Source: a virus (Duplodnaviria > Caudoviricetes). From it: DNA of 58,328 nt. Location of the stretch: IMG/VR virus record IMGVR_UViG_3300043414_000784, positions 1 to 58,328 of that record; one strand, 5' to 3'. Made by a program: the position numbers and the translations under genes. Below, piece after piece: positions 18,890 through 28,752 of this stretch (the stretch's first letter is position 1; every line of letters starts with the position of its first letter). The notes under the pieces were generated by a model. The model saw only the letters and a program-made list of their open reading frames with translations, had not been told where the DNA came from and did no database searches.

Positions 18890-21800
18890 TACTTAGTGCT
18901 CCCTTGTTTGCTGGTCTGGGCTGCTTCGGTGATGCCTTCCGTCCCCAGACCGGCCACGCGGAACGAAAGTCCGGTGACCTGGAGTGGGGTGTGCAGGCCA
19001 TTATCACTGATTTTAGTCTGGAAGTAAAGGCTCTTCGGGTTGCGGACTGCATACCGGAGAGTAACTTGTTTACTAGGTGTTAGCGTGGAAAGACCGTCCG
19101 GCTTGTTTGGCACGTCCAGATAGAACGTATCCAAGGCAGGGAAGCTATCCACAAGGTTAACGGCCATTCCTACGGTAGCCGTGTTAACATCGACGGCCCC
19201 CTCTATGAGCTGCGGGATACGGTAATGTACAAGAAGATGCAGCACTCGTTTACGGATTGCCGAGTCACCGAAGTCCAGGGCGCGGAAAGTCACAGAACAA
19301 CTGATTGCCTGTCCGTCGTCTGCATAGTCGTACTTAGAGTTGCCAGACGAGACTTGATAGACCCGGCCTGCAGTCGTACAAAAGAATGCATCTTCCAGGA
19401 GGTTACACCAGCCTGTCGTCGGATGGTTTGTATAGCGTGTCCAGGAACCATAAGAGTTCTTGGTGTCTTCCTTGGTATAGTCATAGACGAGGACAGACGA
19501 GGGAACAATATTGGCTGTCTCCGGATAGGAAACCTTGTACTTACGACCGACTCCGTATGCATGACCGTGCATGAGGTCAAGCTGGGATTTCTCTACGTCT
19601 TGCCGCCAGAGACGGTCAGCGTAGGAACCGATGGGCTCGACAGTCAGGGCGCGAGTCAGACGGTACAGTCCGGCTTCGTTTGCGAACATGATACCTTCGC
19701 GAGTCGCCGCGATGGAATACGGAGCGGTACAACCAAGACCATTGGATTCTAGTTGCTGTGCTCGCCTTGACTCGACATCGACGACATAGATAGAATTGGA
19801 CTTAAAGACAATCAGCGACGAACTCTTAAGAGCGGCACCGAATGCAGACTCCGAGAAGAATGGAAACACTCCAGTAATCTCTTGTCCGTCTGCAGGGTTG
19901 ACGTCTACGATAGAGTCTGACAGGACACCATCCGTGTCGAACGGACGATGGAAGACTTCGGCGTAGTTTGGATAGGATACGACAAGCCTGGACGGAAACT
20001 TGGCAGTCGTGGCTCCGACTTGTACGCTAGCCCCGATGACCTTCACGCCGTTACCATAGTACTCCACACCACCAAGCGAGGCCGGCATGACTATTTCAGG
20101 AGTAGTTTTAAGGCTGTTCTCAGGGAAAGTCAGAAGCAGAGTCTGACCACCGAGGTCAAGCCCGGCGTTTGCGAATAGCCAAGGAGTTGTCTCTATGGCT
20201 TGCGAGAAGTTAATTGCATTAGATAACCGAAGCAGAACACGAGACGCAGCGGAGTAAAGCACGTCGTTATTTGCATTACGCCAGGAGTAATTGTAGTCAG
20301 AACCTACATAGATAGGGAAAGAGGTAGGACCTGGTGTTAATATCTGGCATTGCAGCATTGAGTCCGGATAATGATAATGCCTAATCAGGTAAATATCTGT
20401 ACTGCTGTTCTGCACTACCTGTAAAATTGTATAGTAATCAACTCCAGGAGCAGCTTGGTTTGGCGCTAAAGAGTAGGTTCCTGCACTGTAAAGCAGCTTT
20501 TGTCCAACAGTCCAGTTTGTGTTTCCTGTTGTAATTTGAAACTCAGGCCAGGTCGGCTCAACACCAAGCTGGATAGTAACTTGTGTTACGCTTGTTCCGC
20601 CAACGGTAACTTTATGCCAACCACAAGAAGTTAGATGTTCCCTGTTTGCTTGAACACCCTGAAATAGGTACAACCATTCACCTACAACAAATGTTTTTGC
20701 ACTGGTTATTGTTAGTGTGACAGTGCTGTCATTGTTTATAGCCGCCGAAATAACACTAACTCCATTGGTTTGTAATTCAAAACCAAGGTCATTTACGCTT
20801 GTTGTTCCATCTTTACGTAGATAAAATAGCTGGTTATCAAAAGCCGACAACAGTGGGTTACCATAGATGTCTATCTTAATCTTAGGGTCGTCCTGGATAT
20901 TAGCCAAGACCAAACGATTATCAGTCACGGTGCAGTACTTAGCTTGCGGTGGCTGCGACAGGCCGTTACCCAGATTTGCTCCAGCAAGGAAAGTCAGAGT
21001 CCTGTCGTCTGGTTGGGCAGGAAGTGCTTCATCCGAGACTGTATCTATCACATCTATGTAAGGCTTTATAACGTCAAACAGGATAGGAAGTTTTGCGATA
21101 TTGTAGAATGGCGCTACAGAGTTTCGCTTGGTCCTGTAAACTTCTAGATAGACTTTGCTGTAGTTCAATTGCTCGAACTTAGGCAGGCCTATTAAGCGAA
21201 TCCGGATGGCAGCAGAGTCTGTCAAAGAGATGTAAAACTCGCTTGAGCCTGTCGTCGCTGAAGTCACCACGTTGTCGTTCGCGTCGTAGGCTGTCAGGCG
21301 AAAGTAGTAGCGGTATATGTTTGGTTGATACTGAGCAATAGATGCACTTGTATTTGTTACATCCAGAGCGTTATCAAGCACTACGTGGTTGTTGGTAATA
21401 TCAATGGTAATCACATTAAAATACAACTTACTACTTCCGGCTACGGTAATTTTATCACCGGGAAGGAAGTTATTAATTGTACTGACTGTTGCTACAAGAT
21501 AGTTATTACCGGTTGTTGCATTCATTGTAACGGCAGATTTGGTAGGAACAATAATTTTACCTGGATTGATAGAATCCATGGTAGCAAACACCTGTGGCTG
21601 CCAACGGACCAGGCCAGACCGGTAAAGGTTAACCCCGTCGTACTTCATAAGATGGTCGGAGTAGTTTGCAAAGTACATGTTGTCCTGGGCCATGACGGAC
21701 CGGACGAACTTCTGCTCGGTGTATGGGCTACCCTCGAGATGCTTAATTCGGGAGACGGACCCGGTCGGATTCTCCAGGACTAGCCAACGACGAGGGACGG

Positions 21801-24123
21801 TCACGGAGAGCAAGGAGTTCGGGTCATCGTAGAACTCGTCCTCGTAGGACAGCTCCAGGACCTTTCCAAGAATGTACGGCGAGACCCCGAGAGACGTGGA
21901 GGTAGTGCTATCCTTAACATTGGTAGAGTCCAGCGTAATGCTTGTAGTATTTTCCAGTGCCTTGATTACGTATTCCCCGGAGTAGCGTCCACAGGAAGCC
22001 AAGACTACCCGCTGTCCGACCGTGAAGTTCGAGGAGTTGACGTTCGTCACGAGGGCTTCCCCGGTCTCTCCGTCGAAGGAGACTGCCACGCCTGTTAGGT
22101 TAGCAGGGACGATGTACTTGACTCCGTATTTCCGCTCTCGGTCTGACAGGGCTACTACATCGCCTACCACGAATTTCTCGTAGGGCTCGGTATTAGGATT
22201 GTTAACGTCGCGGACCTTCAGCATTCGGCCAGTCCTGCGTAGAGTATAGACCTGCCCGCCAGGCATGGTGATTCGCTCACCTACGCCTGTCAGCCAAGAG
22301 GTATTGCCGGACGTTGCCACGCAGGACAAAGAACCAGACAGACCTTGTGGGAATGCTTCACTCTCCAGGATGTCTCCGTAAACGAGGGACCACACAGAGC
22401 TAGACTCGGCATTGAAGACAACCTTGTCCGTGAAGACGCCTGCCTCACCGATGTCGTCCTCGTCGTAGTCCGGCGTGATAATGGCTGCATTGTAAATTCT
22501 AAATATGATATGGTCGGACGCCGCTGCACTGAAGTACTTAATAGCCCACTCACCACGATGGATAGACTGGGAGGAGCCAGAGATAGTCAGCCTGTCGTGC
22601 TCGAGGGAAATAGCATCACCGGTTCCTGCCTGCGAGACTCTGTTTGGCGTGAGTACTTTAACTTCGACGACACCCTCAGAGTAGTACCGGATGTAGGAAA
22701 TGTTACCCCAGCCCTCTGCTCCACCGGTGAAGCCGTAGGATGGACGAGTACGACCGGCTGGACCGAAGAGGGGTCCAATGACAACTTCTGTGTCGACTGT
22801 CGTCCGGAGCAATGGCTGTCTGGAAGGCAGGCTACTGTCATACACGGCTTTGAATAGATTCCAGCCCAGTCCGGCAACGAGATAGTTCTCTCCCTCGGAT
22901 TTGTACGAATCAAGGTGAGAGACCCATCCAGAGCGTTTTGGATTGCCTGGGTATAGCTTGGCATGGTCGAGACCGTAAAGGCATAGCTGTGGGCTTAAAT
23001 CGACTCCGTTTGACCCGACGTCCGTTACACACAGTTTGTTTGTCCGGACCGATGCACGTTCCCAGAGAATCTTAAGCTCGACAGACGAACCTGTTTCGTT
23101 AGTTAGATAGACAAAGGCTTCTTGGTTTATGACTTCTACCTTGTCAGGCAGGACTCGAGACCAGCTTGCGCCGGCTTTCTGATAGACTTCGAAAAATGCA
23201 AAGTCTGCAGCAATAGGAAATTTACGAGAAGCATTGACGCTGTTGTCCTGGATTGTAGCAGTACCAACGTCGATTTCCGGGATAGAGGCTACAACCATAC
23301 GGATAGACGCTGGCTTAGCCTGACCAGTAAATTGCGCTACGATGGTCGAGCCCGTCACGGTTACGCTGTCCGGGAAAATCTCCTCGCCGGTCGTAGGATT
23401 GTAGTACCGGGTAATGTAGTTCTGGGTATTCAACTGGTGGATACCCTGGCCTACAGTATAGCGACCAGGGAAGCCGACATCTTGGCTAATCGTCGCAGCC
23501 CAGCTTTCGCCGGCGACAGTCTTGTGGTCCTTAACATAGACAAAGCATTTAACATCTCCGGTTACACCCTCTATGGAGTCTACTTCGACGTCAAAGCTTA
23601 CTGTATTGATTGTGATGGAATCTGCATAGACGATTTCATTGCTCTTTGTGCCTTCTCTTTCTGGAGCGTTGTAGCCCAGTCCGACAAAGAGGTCCCTGGA
23701 AGTCGCGCCGATTTCGGCTGCATTCAGGATGTAGTTCTGCGTACCAAGTATAACACGAGGGTCAACTGTAAAGGTCGAGTAGTACCTAGGCACTGACCCG
23801 GCCAGAAGAGTAGACGTACCGTAGAGCATGACCGGGTTGGACTTCAGAGTCGAGAAGTCAATGGTTGCCGTACCACCGGTAAGTTCGTCAAAGTAAAAGC
23901 AAAGCTGGTTGCCGTTGATGCGCTCGGCTTTGTAGACACGGAGCGGGAGAAAGCCTGCATAGGGCTCGTAGCCCTTGCGCTTCTCGACGTAGCCCTGCGC
24001 GTTCGGGTTCATGTTCTCGAGGTCTTCGACGAAGGTCGGCGGGACCGCATCTTCCGAGGCAAGTTTGTTCATGCCGGAAGAGAAGTCTTTTTCCAATACG
24101 GTTTGATAGTTGGCACTAGCCAT
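18889..24123 (-). CDS. Tail nozzle/tubular protein (P22 gp10/T7 gp12-like) with large inserted beta domains
   Basis: N-terminal DFSSGMN..LENM..VEKRKGY; beta-propeller-like C-terminus (GQEITG, LIVFK, GCTAPYSI, KRV..L); follows the adaptor gene. Confidence 0.7.
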   Translation of the reverse strand: MASANYQTVLEKDFSSGMNKLASEDAVPPTFVEDLENMNPNAQGYVEKRKGYEPYAGFLPLRVYKAERINGNQLCFYFDELTGGTATIDFSTLKSNPVMLYGTSTLLAGSVPRYYSTFTVDPRVILGTQNYILNAAEIGATSRDLFVGLGYNAPEREGTKSNEIVYADSITINTVSFDVEVDSIEGVTGDVKCFVYVKDHKTVAGESWAATISQDVGFPGRYTVGQGIHQLNTQNYITRYYNPTTGEEIFPDSVTVTGSTIVAQFTGQAKPASIRMVVASIPEIDVGTATIQDNSVNASRKFPIAADFAFFEVYQKAGASWSRVLPDKVEVINQEAFVYLTNETGSSVELKILWERASVRTNKLCVTDVGSNGVDLSPQLCLYGLDHAKLYPGNPKRSGWVSHLDSYKSEGENYLVAGLGWNLFKAVYDSSLPSRQPLLRTTVDTEVVIGPLFGPAGRTRPSYGFTGGAEGWGNISYIRYYSEGVVEVKVLTPNRVSQAGTGDAISLEHDRLTISGSSQSIHRGEWAIKYFSAAASDHIIFRIYNAAIITPDYDEDDIGEAGVFTDKVVFNAESSSVWSLVYGDILESEAFPQGLSGSLSCVATSGNTSWLTGVGERITMPGGQVYTLRRTGRMLKVRDVNNPNTEPYEKFVVGDVVALSDRERKYGVKYIVPANLTGVAVSFDGETGEALVTNVNSSNFTVGQRVVLASCGRYSGEYVIKALENTTSITLDSTNVKDSTTSTSLGVSPYILGKVLELSYEDEFYDDPNSLLSVTVPRRWLVLENPTGSVSRIKHLEGSPYTEQKFVRSVMAQDNMYFANYSDHLMKYDGVNLYRSGLVRWQPQVFATMDSINPGKIIVPTKSAVTMNATTGNNYLVATVSTINNFLPGDKITVAGSSKLYFNVITIDITNNHVVLDNALDVTNTSASIAQYQPNIYRYYFRLTAYDANDNVVTSATTGSSEFYISLTDSAAIRIRLIGLPKFEQLNYSKVYLEVYRTKRNSVAPFYNIAKLPILFDVIKPYIDVIDTVSDEALPAQPDDRTLTFLAGANLGNGLSQPPQAKYCTVTDNRLVLANIQDDPKIKIDIYGNPLLSAFDNQLFYLRKDGTTSVNDLGFELQTNGVSVISAAINNDSTVTLTITSAKTFVVGEWLYLFQGVQANREHLTSCGWHKVTVGGTSVTQVTIQLGVEPTWPEFQITTGNTNWTVGQKLLYSAGTYSLAPNQAAPGVDYYTILQVVQNSSTDIYLIRHYHYPDSMLQCQILTPGPTSFPIYVGSDYNYSWRNANNDVLYSAASRVLLRLSNAINFSQAIETTPWLFANAGLDLGGQTLLLTFPENSLKTTPEIVMPASLGGVEYYGNGVKVIGASVQVGATTAKFPSRLVVSYPNYAEVFHRPFDTDGVLSDSIVDVNPADGQEITGVFPFFSESAFGAALKSSSLIVFKSNSIYVVDVESRRAQQLESNGLGCTAPYSIAATREGIMFANEAGLYRLTRALTVEPIGSYADRLWRQDVEKSQLDLMHGHAYGVGRKYKVSYPETANIVPSSVLVYDYTKEDTKNSYGSWTRYTNHPTTGWCNLLEDAFFCTTAGRVYQVSSGNSKYDYADDGQAISCSVTFRALDFGDSAIRKRVLHLLVHYRIPQLIEGAVDVNTATVGMAVNLVDSFPALDTFYLDVPNKPDGLSTLTPSKQVTLRYAVRNPKSLYFQTKISDNGLHTPLQVTGLSFRVAGLGTEGITEAAQTSKQGSTK

Positions 24124-24193
24124 GCTGAGATACTCCTTTGCCTGTAGGCCGCGTAGAGTTGCGCCAACAGGAGTCTCTCAGACTTGCAGGGAG

Positions 24194-25168
24194 TTATCTA
24201 CCCCGAGGCAGATAATTTAGCGGTCTTCCGCCGGCAGGATAGAAGCGGGACCGGGATTGGATTCTCTCGGTACTAGGCCTGTTTGCCCAGGAACGCTCGA
24301 CTGCTACCTCGAGCTCCTTCTTCAGGGCTACGCCAAACTCTGCCTGCTCGCCAAGCTTTCTGCGAAGCTCTGCTTCTGCGAAGGCAACGATGTAGTTAGA
24401 CAGGGGCTTGCGAAGCACGGAAAGGCAAGAACCATAGACCGGACAGATATAGTCATCGGCTTCGACCGTCGTAGGGATTTCGCCGACTACGGTACGGTCC
24501 TGCACGGAAGTGCGGACAGGGACTTGCTTAAAGGTGAGTTTCTTACCAGTGATGTTCTGGATTTGCAGAGTACACTTAATACGACCCGTGTTCTTGTCGA
24601 CCAGGTTAACAAACCCTTTGAGGTCGTCCACGGTTGTGTCTAGCTCTTCGCCTACGTCGTCCAGGGTGATGTACCGTCCTGCGACGTTCACGCTGGTGAT
24701 GCGTCCTTGCTCTTTGACGAGCGGGGATGGGTCTTGCAGATACCATGCACGGATTTGCCAGTCCACGCCGGACGGGACAGGAACAAAGCGAATCTTATCT
24801 TGGTAGACTGTGTAATAGGTAGGCACTGCCTGCTTACCAGGACTCTCGTAGGTAGAGATGTCCATGAAAGAAATACGTTGAATGTCGTGGTAGATGCCGC
24901 CTTTGAAGACTTCTACTTTCATAAGACGGTCTTCGAAGACGTCTTCTGGCAAGTAGTACTCTGCTTGCCCGTCGACTTTTGAAATTGTGGTATAGGTCAG
25001 GAGCGGAGATTCGTACTGCCGGGAGAGGATAGAGCAAGCCTGGTCCTGCCCCCGGTTGATGGCCGCAAGGATTTCTTCGTCAGAAATGGCAGAGGTATTG
25101 TCCTCACCAATGACTTGGCGGACTTCCTCAACAAGACGGCGGGTCGTGAGTCGTCGCTGACTAGCCAT
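24194..25168 (-). CDS. Head-tail adaptor protein
   Basis: LVEEVR..I....ISDEEILAAIN, EYYLPED and PTYY...IRFVPVP pattern. Confidence 0.7.
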   Translation of the reverse strand: MASQRRLTTRRLVEEVRQVIGEDNTSAISDEEILAAINRGQDQACSILSRQYESPLLTYTTISKVDGQAEYYLPEDVFEDRLMKVEVFKGGIYHDIQRISFMDISTYESPGKQAVPTYYTVYQDKIRFVPVPSGVDWQIRAWYLQDPSPLVKEQGRITSVNVAGRYITLDDVGEELDTTVDDLKGFVNLVDKNTGRIKCTLQIQNITGKKLTFKQVPVRTSVQDRTVVGEIPTTVEADDYICPVYGSCLSVLRKPLSNYIVAFAEAELRRKLGEQAEFGVALKKELEVAVERSWANRPSTERIQSRSRFYPAGGRPLNYLPRGR

Positions 25169-25183
25169 TCCTGGAGACTCCTA

Positions 25184-25510
25184 TTAAACTTTAACTGGCT
25201 TCTTTTTAGGCTGTGGCATTTCTTCTTCGCTGACTTCCGGTAGCGGCGTAGAGGATGCTCCACCTGTTGCAACTTCAAGGCCGCGCTTTTCGACTTCAGC
25301 CATGAGCTCTTCGTCGGATAGTTTAGCGAGTTCTCCGACAGAGACTTCCTCTTCCGCCATGCCTTCGCCTTCGCTCATATCTTCGCCTTCAGGACCTTCT
25401 TCGCCTTCGATTTCAATCTCGATGCCGGCCATAGGCTTTTTCTTCTTGCCTTCCTCTTCCGAGTACTCTTCTTTCATGCCTGGCATTTTGCTCTTCATAC
25501 GGTCTAACAT
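25184..25510 (-). CDS. Acidic low-complexity hypothetical protein
   Basis: Glu-rich protein in the late operon. Confidence 0.65.
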   Translation of the reverse strand: MLDRMKSKMPGMKEEYSEEEGKKKKPMAGIEIEIEGEEGPEGEDMSEGEGMAEEEVSVGELAKLSDEELMAEVEKRGLEVATGGASSTPLPEVSEEEMPQPKKKPVKV

Positions 25511-25511
25511 G

Positions 25512-25775
25512 TTAATCTTCCCTTTCTACTCTACGTAAACGGTCTTCATGGTCTTTAACTTTTTCGACCAACTCTGTCAACTTAATAGACTGTACTACAA
25601 GTTCTTGCCTAATTCCACTAAGTTCTTTAGATACATCTGTGAGCTTATCACCAAGCGAGGCAATGCCCTTGTTGGCAAGGTCGTAGGCACCGTAGAGGAC
25701 AAGGACGGCAATGAGCAGTGCAGCAGCTCGAGATTCCAAAGCTTTTGTTAGCGAGGAGAGCGATTCCTTGACCAT
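25512..25775 (-). CDS. Single-TM coiled-coil protein, possible holin/XhlA-like
   Basis: TM segment AAALLIAVLVLYGAY plus a coiled coil ending DHEDRLRRVE. Confidence 0.45.
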   Translation of the reverse strand: MVKESLSSLTKALESRAAALLIAVLVLYGAYDLANKGIASLGDKLTDVSKELSGIRQELVVQSIKLTELVEKVKDHEDRLRRVERED

Positions 25776-25962
25776 GGCCTGTCCTTTCCTTTTTGGTTGG
25801 GGTACAGGCGGTAGTTTAGCTGGCCAGTCTAAGGATTTCTATAGGGGGTTTTAGTTAGAAGAATAGTATAATTTTTCTAACAGGAGGGGTTTATACTACG
25901 GGGATACGCCAAAGCTTCGCCTCGGACTTCGTCCTCGGAAGGAGTCCTCCCTTCGGTCGGCC

Positions 25963-26214
25963 TCACCAAGCTGGAGCTCTACAGGCCCAGTAGCCCGCCT
26001 TGAATTTGTCTTTCTTTTCGCTGCAGCTATGGCGGTCACGGAAAGCCTTGCGACGCTTGGGGTCGTCCGGGTGGTTTGGCATTGAAGAGTCACCGTAGCG
26101 GACAATCTTTTCTTCGCCGTCTTTACAGGCTTTTACTTTATAGTCGTGCTTTCCATCGTTTGCACGAGTCGGTTTGTTGCACGGCATCCGGTCCTTCATG
26201 GATTTGACAGGCAT
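25963..26214 (-). CDS. Small basic conserved phage protein
   Basis: IVRYGD..M...RRKAFRDRHSC...AGYWAC, a pattern I recall from many phage hypothetical proteins. Confidence 0.7.
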   Translation of the reverse strand: MPVKSMKDRMPCNKPTRANDGKHDYKVKACKDGEEKIVRYGDSSMPNHPDDPKRRKAFRDRHSCSEKKDKFKAGYWACRAPAW

Positions 26215-26216
26215 GG

Positions 26217-26468
26217 TTATGCTCCGTACCTCTTAGCCAGCCAATCGACACCTGTCTTCAGGGCCTTGACTGGGTCTCTGTAGAATCCTGCCTTTATGAT
26301 TAGCACGATTATATCTGCCAGGACTACCATGATAAAATCTTTGTACTCTTCTTCCGAGAGGGTCTGACCGTGGGACTGGATATAGTGGAAGCAGTCCTTG
26401 GCCTTCGTAGCGACTTTCTTGTCGGACTTACGCTGCCTTAAGTTTATGACGTTGTTTGACTCTTCCAT
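26217..26468 (-). CDS. Hypothetical protein
   Basis: GAGG RBS; in operon. Confidence 0.65.
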   Translation of the reverse strand: MEESNNVINLRQRKSDKKVATKAKDCFHYIQSHGQTLSEEEYKDFIMVVLADIIVLIIKAGFYRDPVKALKTGVDWLAKRYGA

Positions 26469-26470
26469 GG

Positions 26471-27259
26471 CTATTCCTCCTGGGACAGCAACTCACATAG
26501 GAAAAGCATATCCCAGCCCATGCTATCATGCCAAGCCTTCTCTGCGCTATCTCTTTCCCAGGCCCATTGTCTGCCGTTTCCAGGCTGGACGTTCATGCTA
26601 AGCAGGGTCAACGCGGCACGGTCTTTGTCGCCCGCTAGGTAGAGAAACCAGGGATTCCCGGAGTCGCGCCTGGCGAGTATTCCGGGAACTCCGGAAGACT
26701 GACCAAGGAGGTTACAAATCAGGGCTTTCACGGAAAGCAGATGACATTGGTATCCCAAGGGCGTCACGAGAGCGGAAATCGCCTCGAGTGAAAAGAATAG
26801 CCAGCCAGGCATCCAGTCAGACTTAAGCCGCGAGTCGCAGCCTACGGCCTTCGCTACCTGGTTAGTCAGGTAAGTCATCTGCGGAGTGAGAGTACAGCGC
26901 CGGTCGGAGGACTTCGGACAGAGACACCCGGTCTTATTGACGTACCCGATGAGTCGTTCAAGAGGGGCAGGGTTCCGCGTCACCAGGGTCCACAGAAGGA
27001 CACCGAGGAGCATGTCCTTCGAAAAGCCGTCCGTTTCTGGAGGCAGGTCGACGAGGTCTGGCGACCGGACTGGCCGGCCATCCAAAGCGATGCAGAGGGG
27101 AGTGTATCCGACCGCCTCTCCTACACCTGCGAAAGTCAGGAGAGCGTTGAAGAGAACCATGTCCCCGCTGTCACCGCCCGACTTACAAGGAAAGCCCAGC
27201 TTGGAGCTGGTCCAAGGCCGGGCTTTTTCTTGCAAGTATTTCAGTTGCATTTCGTACAT
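26471..27259 (-). CDS. Hypothetical helical protein
   Basis: AGGAG RBS before MYEMQ; in operon. Confidence 0.65.
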   Translation of the reverse strand: MYEMQLKYLQEKARPWTSSKLGFPCKSGGDSGDMVLFNALLTFAGVGEAVGYTPLCIALDGRPVRSPDLVDLPPETDGFSKDMLLGVLLWTLVTRNPAPLERLIGYVNKTGCLCPKSSDRRCTLTPQMTYLTNQVAKAVGCDSRLKSDWMPGWLFFSLEAISALVTPLGYQCHLLSVKALICNLLGQSSGVPGILARRDSGNPWFLYLAGDKDRAALTLLSMNVQPGNGRQWAWERDSAEKAWHDSMGWDMLFLCELLSQEE

Positions 27260-27290
27260 GAGTCGAAGACTCCTTCCCGTTAGGGGGGCA

Positions 27291-28214
27291 TCATTTACTC
27301 TCAAGGGCAGCGAGGCGGGCTTCGAGCTCTTGAATTGCCTTGACCAAGACTGGAATCATGTTTCCTGTTGCCAAGAACTTAGAGTCGGCAAAACCGCCGT
27401 TTTCGGATTCATCTTTGGTCGTTACACATTCCGGAAGAACTGCCTCAACTTCCTGCGCGATAAATCCTTTGATATTTTTTTCTCCACCAAACTCTTCTTT
27501 CCAGTCATAACTTACAGGATTAAGTGCTTTAATTTCTTTTAAACCGTAATTCGCAGGTCTCACGTTTTCTTTTTTACGAGAATCAGAGGCGTCTATAACT
27601 TGCAGAGTTGTACCAGATACACCAATATAACCCTCAAAGCCACTACTTGCGGCGAGAAATTCAATATACGAGTTTCCAGAATTATTTAATGAAACTGCCG
27701 GCTTTCTTACATACAAAACCGGAGTTCCGGCAGGGTTGGTAGTCCCTTGAAGTTGATGTGTATTAGTTGCAGAAGCAGCAGTGCCCACCAACAAGTTCCC
27801 GCTCGCTTCGATGCGCATGCGTTCTGTAAACGAAGCATAATTTTCAGCTGAATGAGCAAAACGAATTACTCCCCCAGTATTGACGTTGATAACAGAACCA
27901 GATGTGGCATCAGAGTACATTCTAAAAAAGTTTGTACCGTCTGCAGAGTCTGTTGACTGCAGTGCGTTGGAACCTGCTATACCTTTAACCTCCAATGGTT
28001 TTCTTGGACTCGCCGTCCCGATTCCTACATTCCCGCTCGCATCCACCACGACGCGCTGCACGCCGGCGGTACTAACACCGAGAACATTTGCAGACACACG
28101 ATAGAAACCTGTGCCGCTGCTGTTAGAAAATGCAAAGGAAGGGGATGCCGCGCTACCATCTGGTACGGCTGTCCAGGATACGGGGGTGGTGGCAGGGATT
28201 ACTGAGCTAGACAT
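27291..28214 (-). CDS. Tail fibre/spike with peptidase S74 intramolecular chaperone
   Basis: SGNVGIGT repeat; SDSRKKEN, LNPVSYDWK, GFIAQEVEAVLPE and LVKAIQEL. Confidence 0.85.
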   Translation of the reverse strand: MSSSVIPATTPVSWTAVPDGSAASPSFAFSNSSGTGFYRVSANVLGVSTAGVQRVVVDASGNVGIGTASPRKPLEVKGIAGSNALQSTDSADGTNFFRMYSDATSGSVINVNTGGVIRFAHSAENYASFTERMRIEASGNLLVGTAASATNTHQLQGTTNPAGTPVLYVRKPAVSLNNSGNSYIEFLAASSGFEGYIGVSGTTLQVIDASDSRKKENVRPANYGLKEIKALNPVSYDWKEEFGGEKNIKGFIAQEVEAVLPECVTTKDESENGGFADSKFLATGNMIPVLVKAIQELEARLAALESK

Positions 28215-28220
28215 AGGGGG

Positions 28221-28752
28221 TTCTCCTTAGTTTAGTTTTTTGGTTTTAGGCTATACGGACTGCGCGGATTGTGCCTTTTCTTGAAGGTGTACCCAATGTA
28301 AAAAGCATATAATTGTTTAAATAGATTGTTTTAGAAGTTGCTGTTGAATAGACAAATGACGGATGTGTAATAGTCGCTTGAGAGACGTTGTTTGAAGGCC
28401 ATATTCCTATATCTACTACGCTAGCGCCAAATCCAGCGATAGTGTTTCCGGTGGCAGAAACATCTGATAATACAGAACCGGCCGCTGTTCCGGTAGATGA
28501 ATTTTGTAAGAATGATTGGCTTGCGCTGATTAACCATGTCCCTGGTGTTAAAGTTATAGAAAGGAATCCTGTAGTACTATTATTTGCTAATCCAGTTGTA
28601 GTAAATGTGTTAGACTCCGCCGAAATAACTTCCCCTACATACCCCGCCGGTACCGCAGTACCATCTCCCGCCGATTGCAGTAATTGTTTATTGCTCATTT
28701 GTGTGTTCTCCTTAGTTTAATTTTTTGGTTATGCGATTCGGACTGCGCGGAT
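28221..28752. repeat. Imperfect ~50-bp direct repeat pair (28221-28269 and 28706-28752) spanning the end, stop and next RBS of two fibre-tip genes
   Basis: TTCTCCTTAGTTTARTTTTTTGGTT...GCKATWCGGACTGCGCGGAT in both copies. Confidence 0.85.
28246..28698 (-). CDS. Stand-alone fibre tip domain, paralog of the C-terminus of 28729..30753
   Basis: Shares AGYVGEVIS, LT/SxGTW and IRAVRIA with that C-terminus. Confidence 0.75.
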   Translation of the reverse strand: MSNKQLLQSAGDGTAVPAGYVGEVISAESNTFTTTGLANNSTTGFLSITLTPGTWLISASQSFLQNSSTGTAAGSVLSDVSATGNTIAGFGASVVDIGIWPSNNVSQATITHPSFVYSTATSKTIYLNNYMLFTLGTPSRKGTIRAVRIA

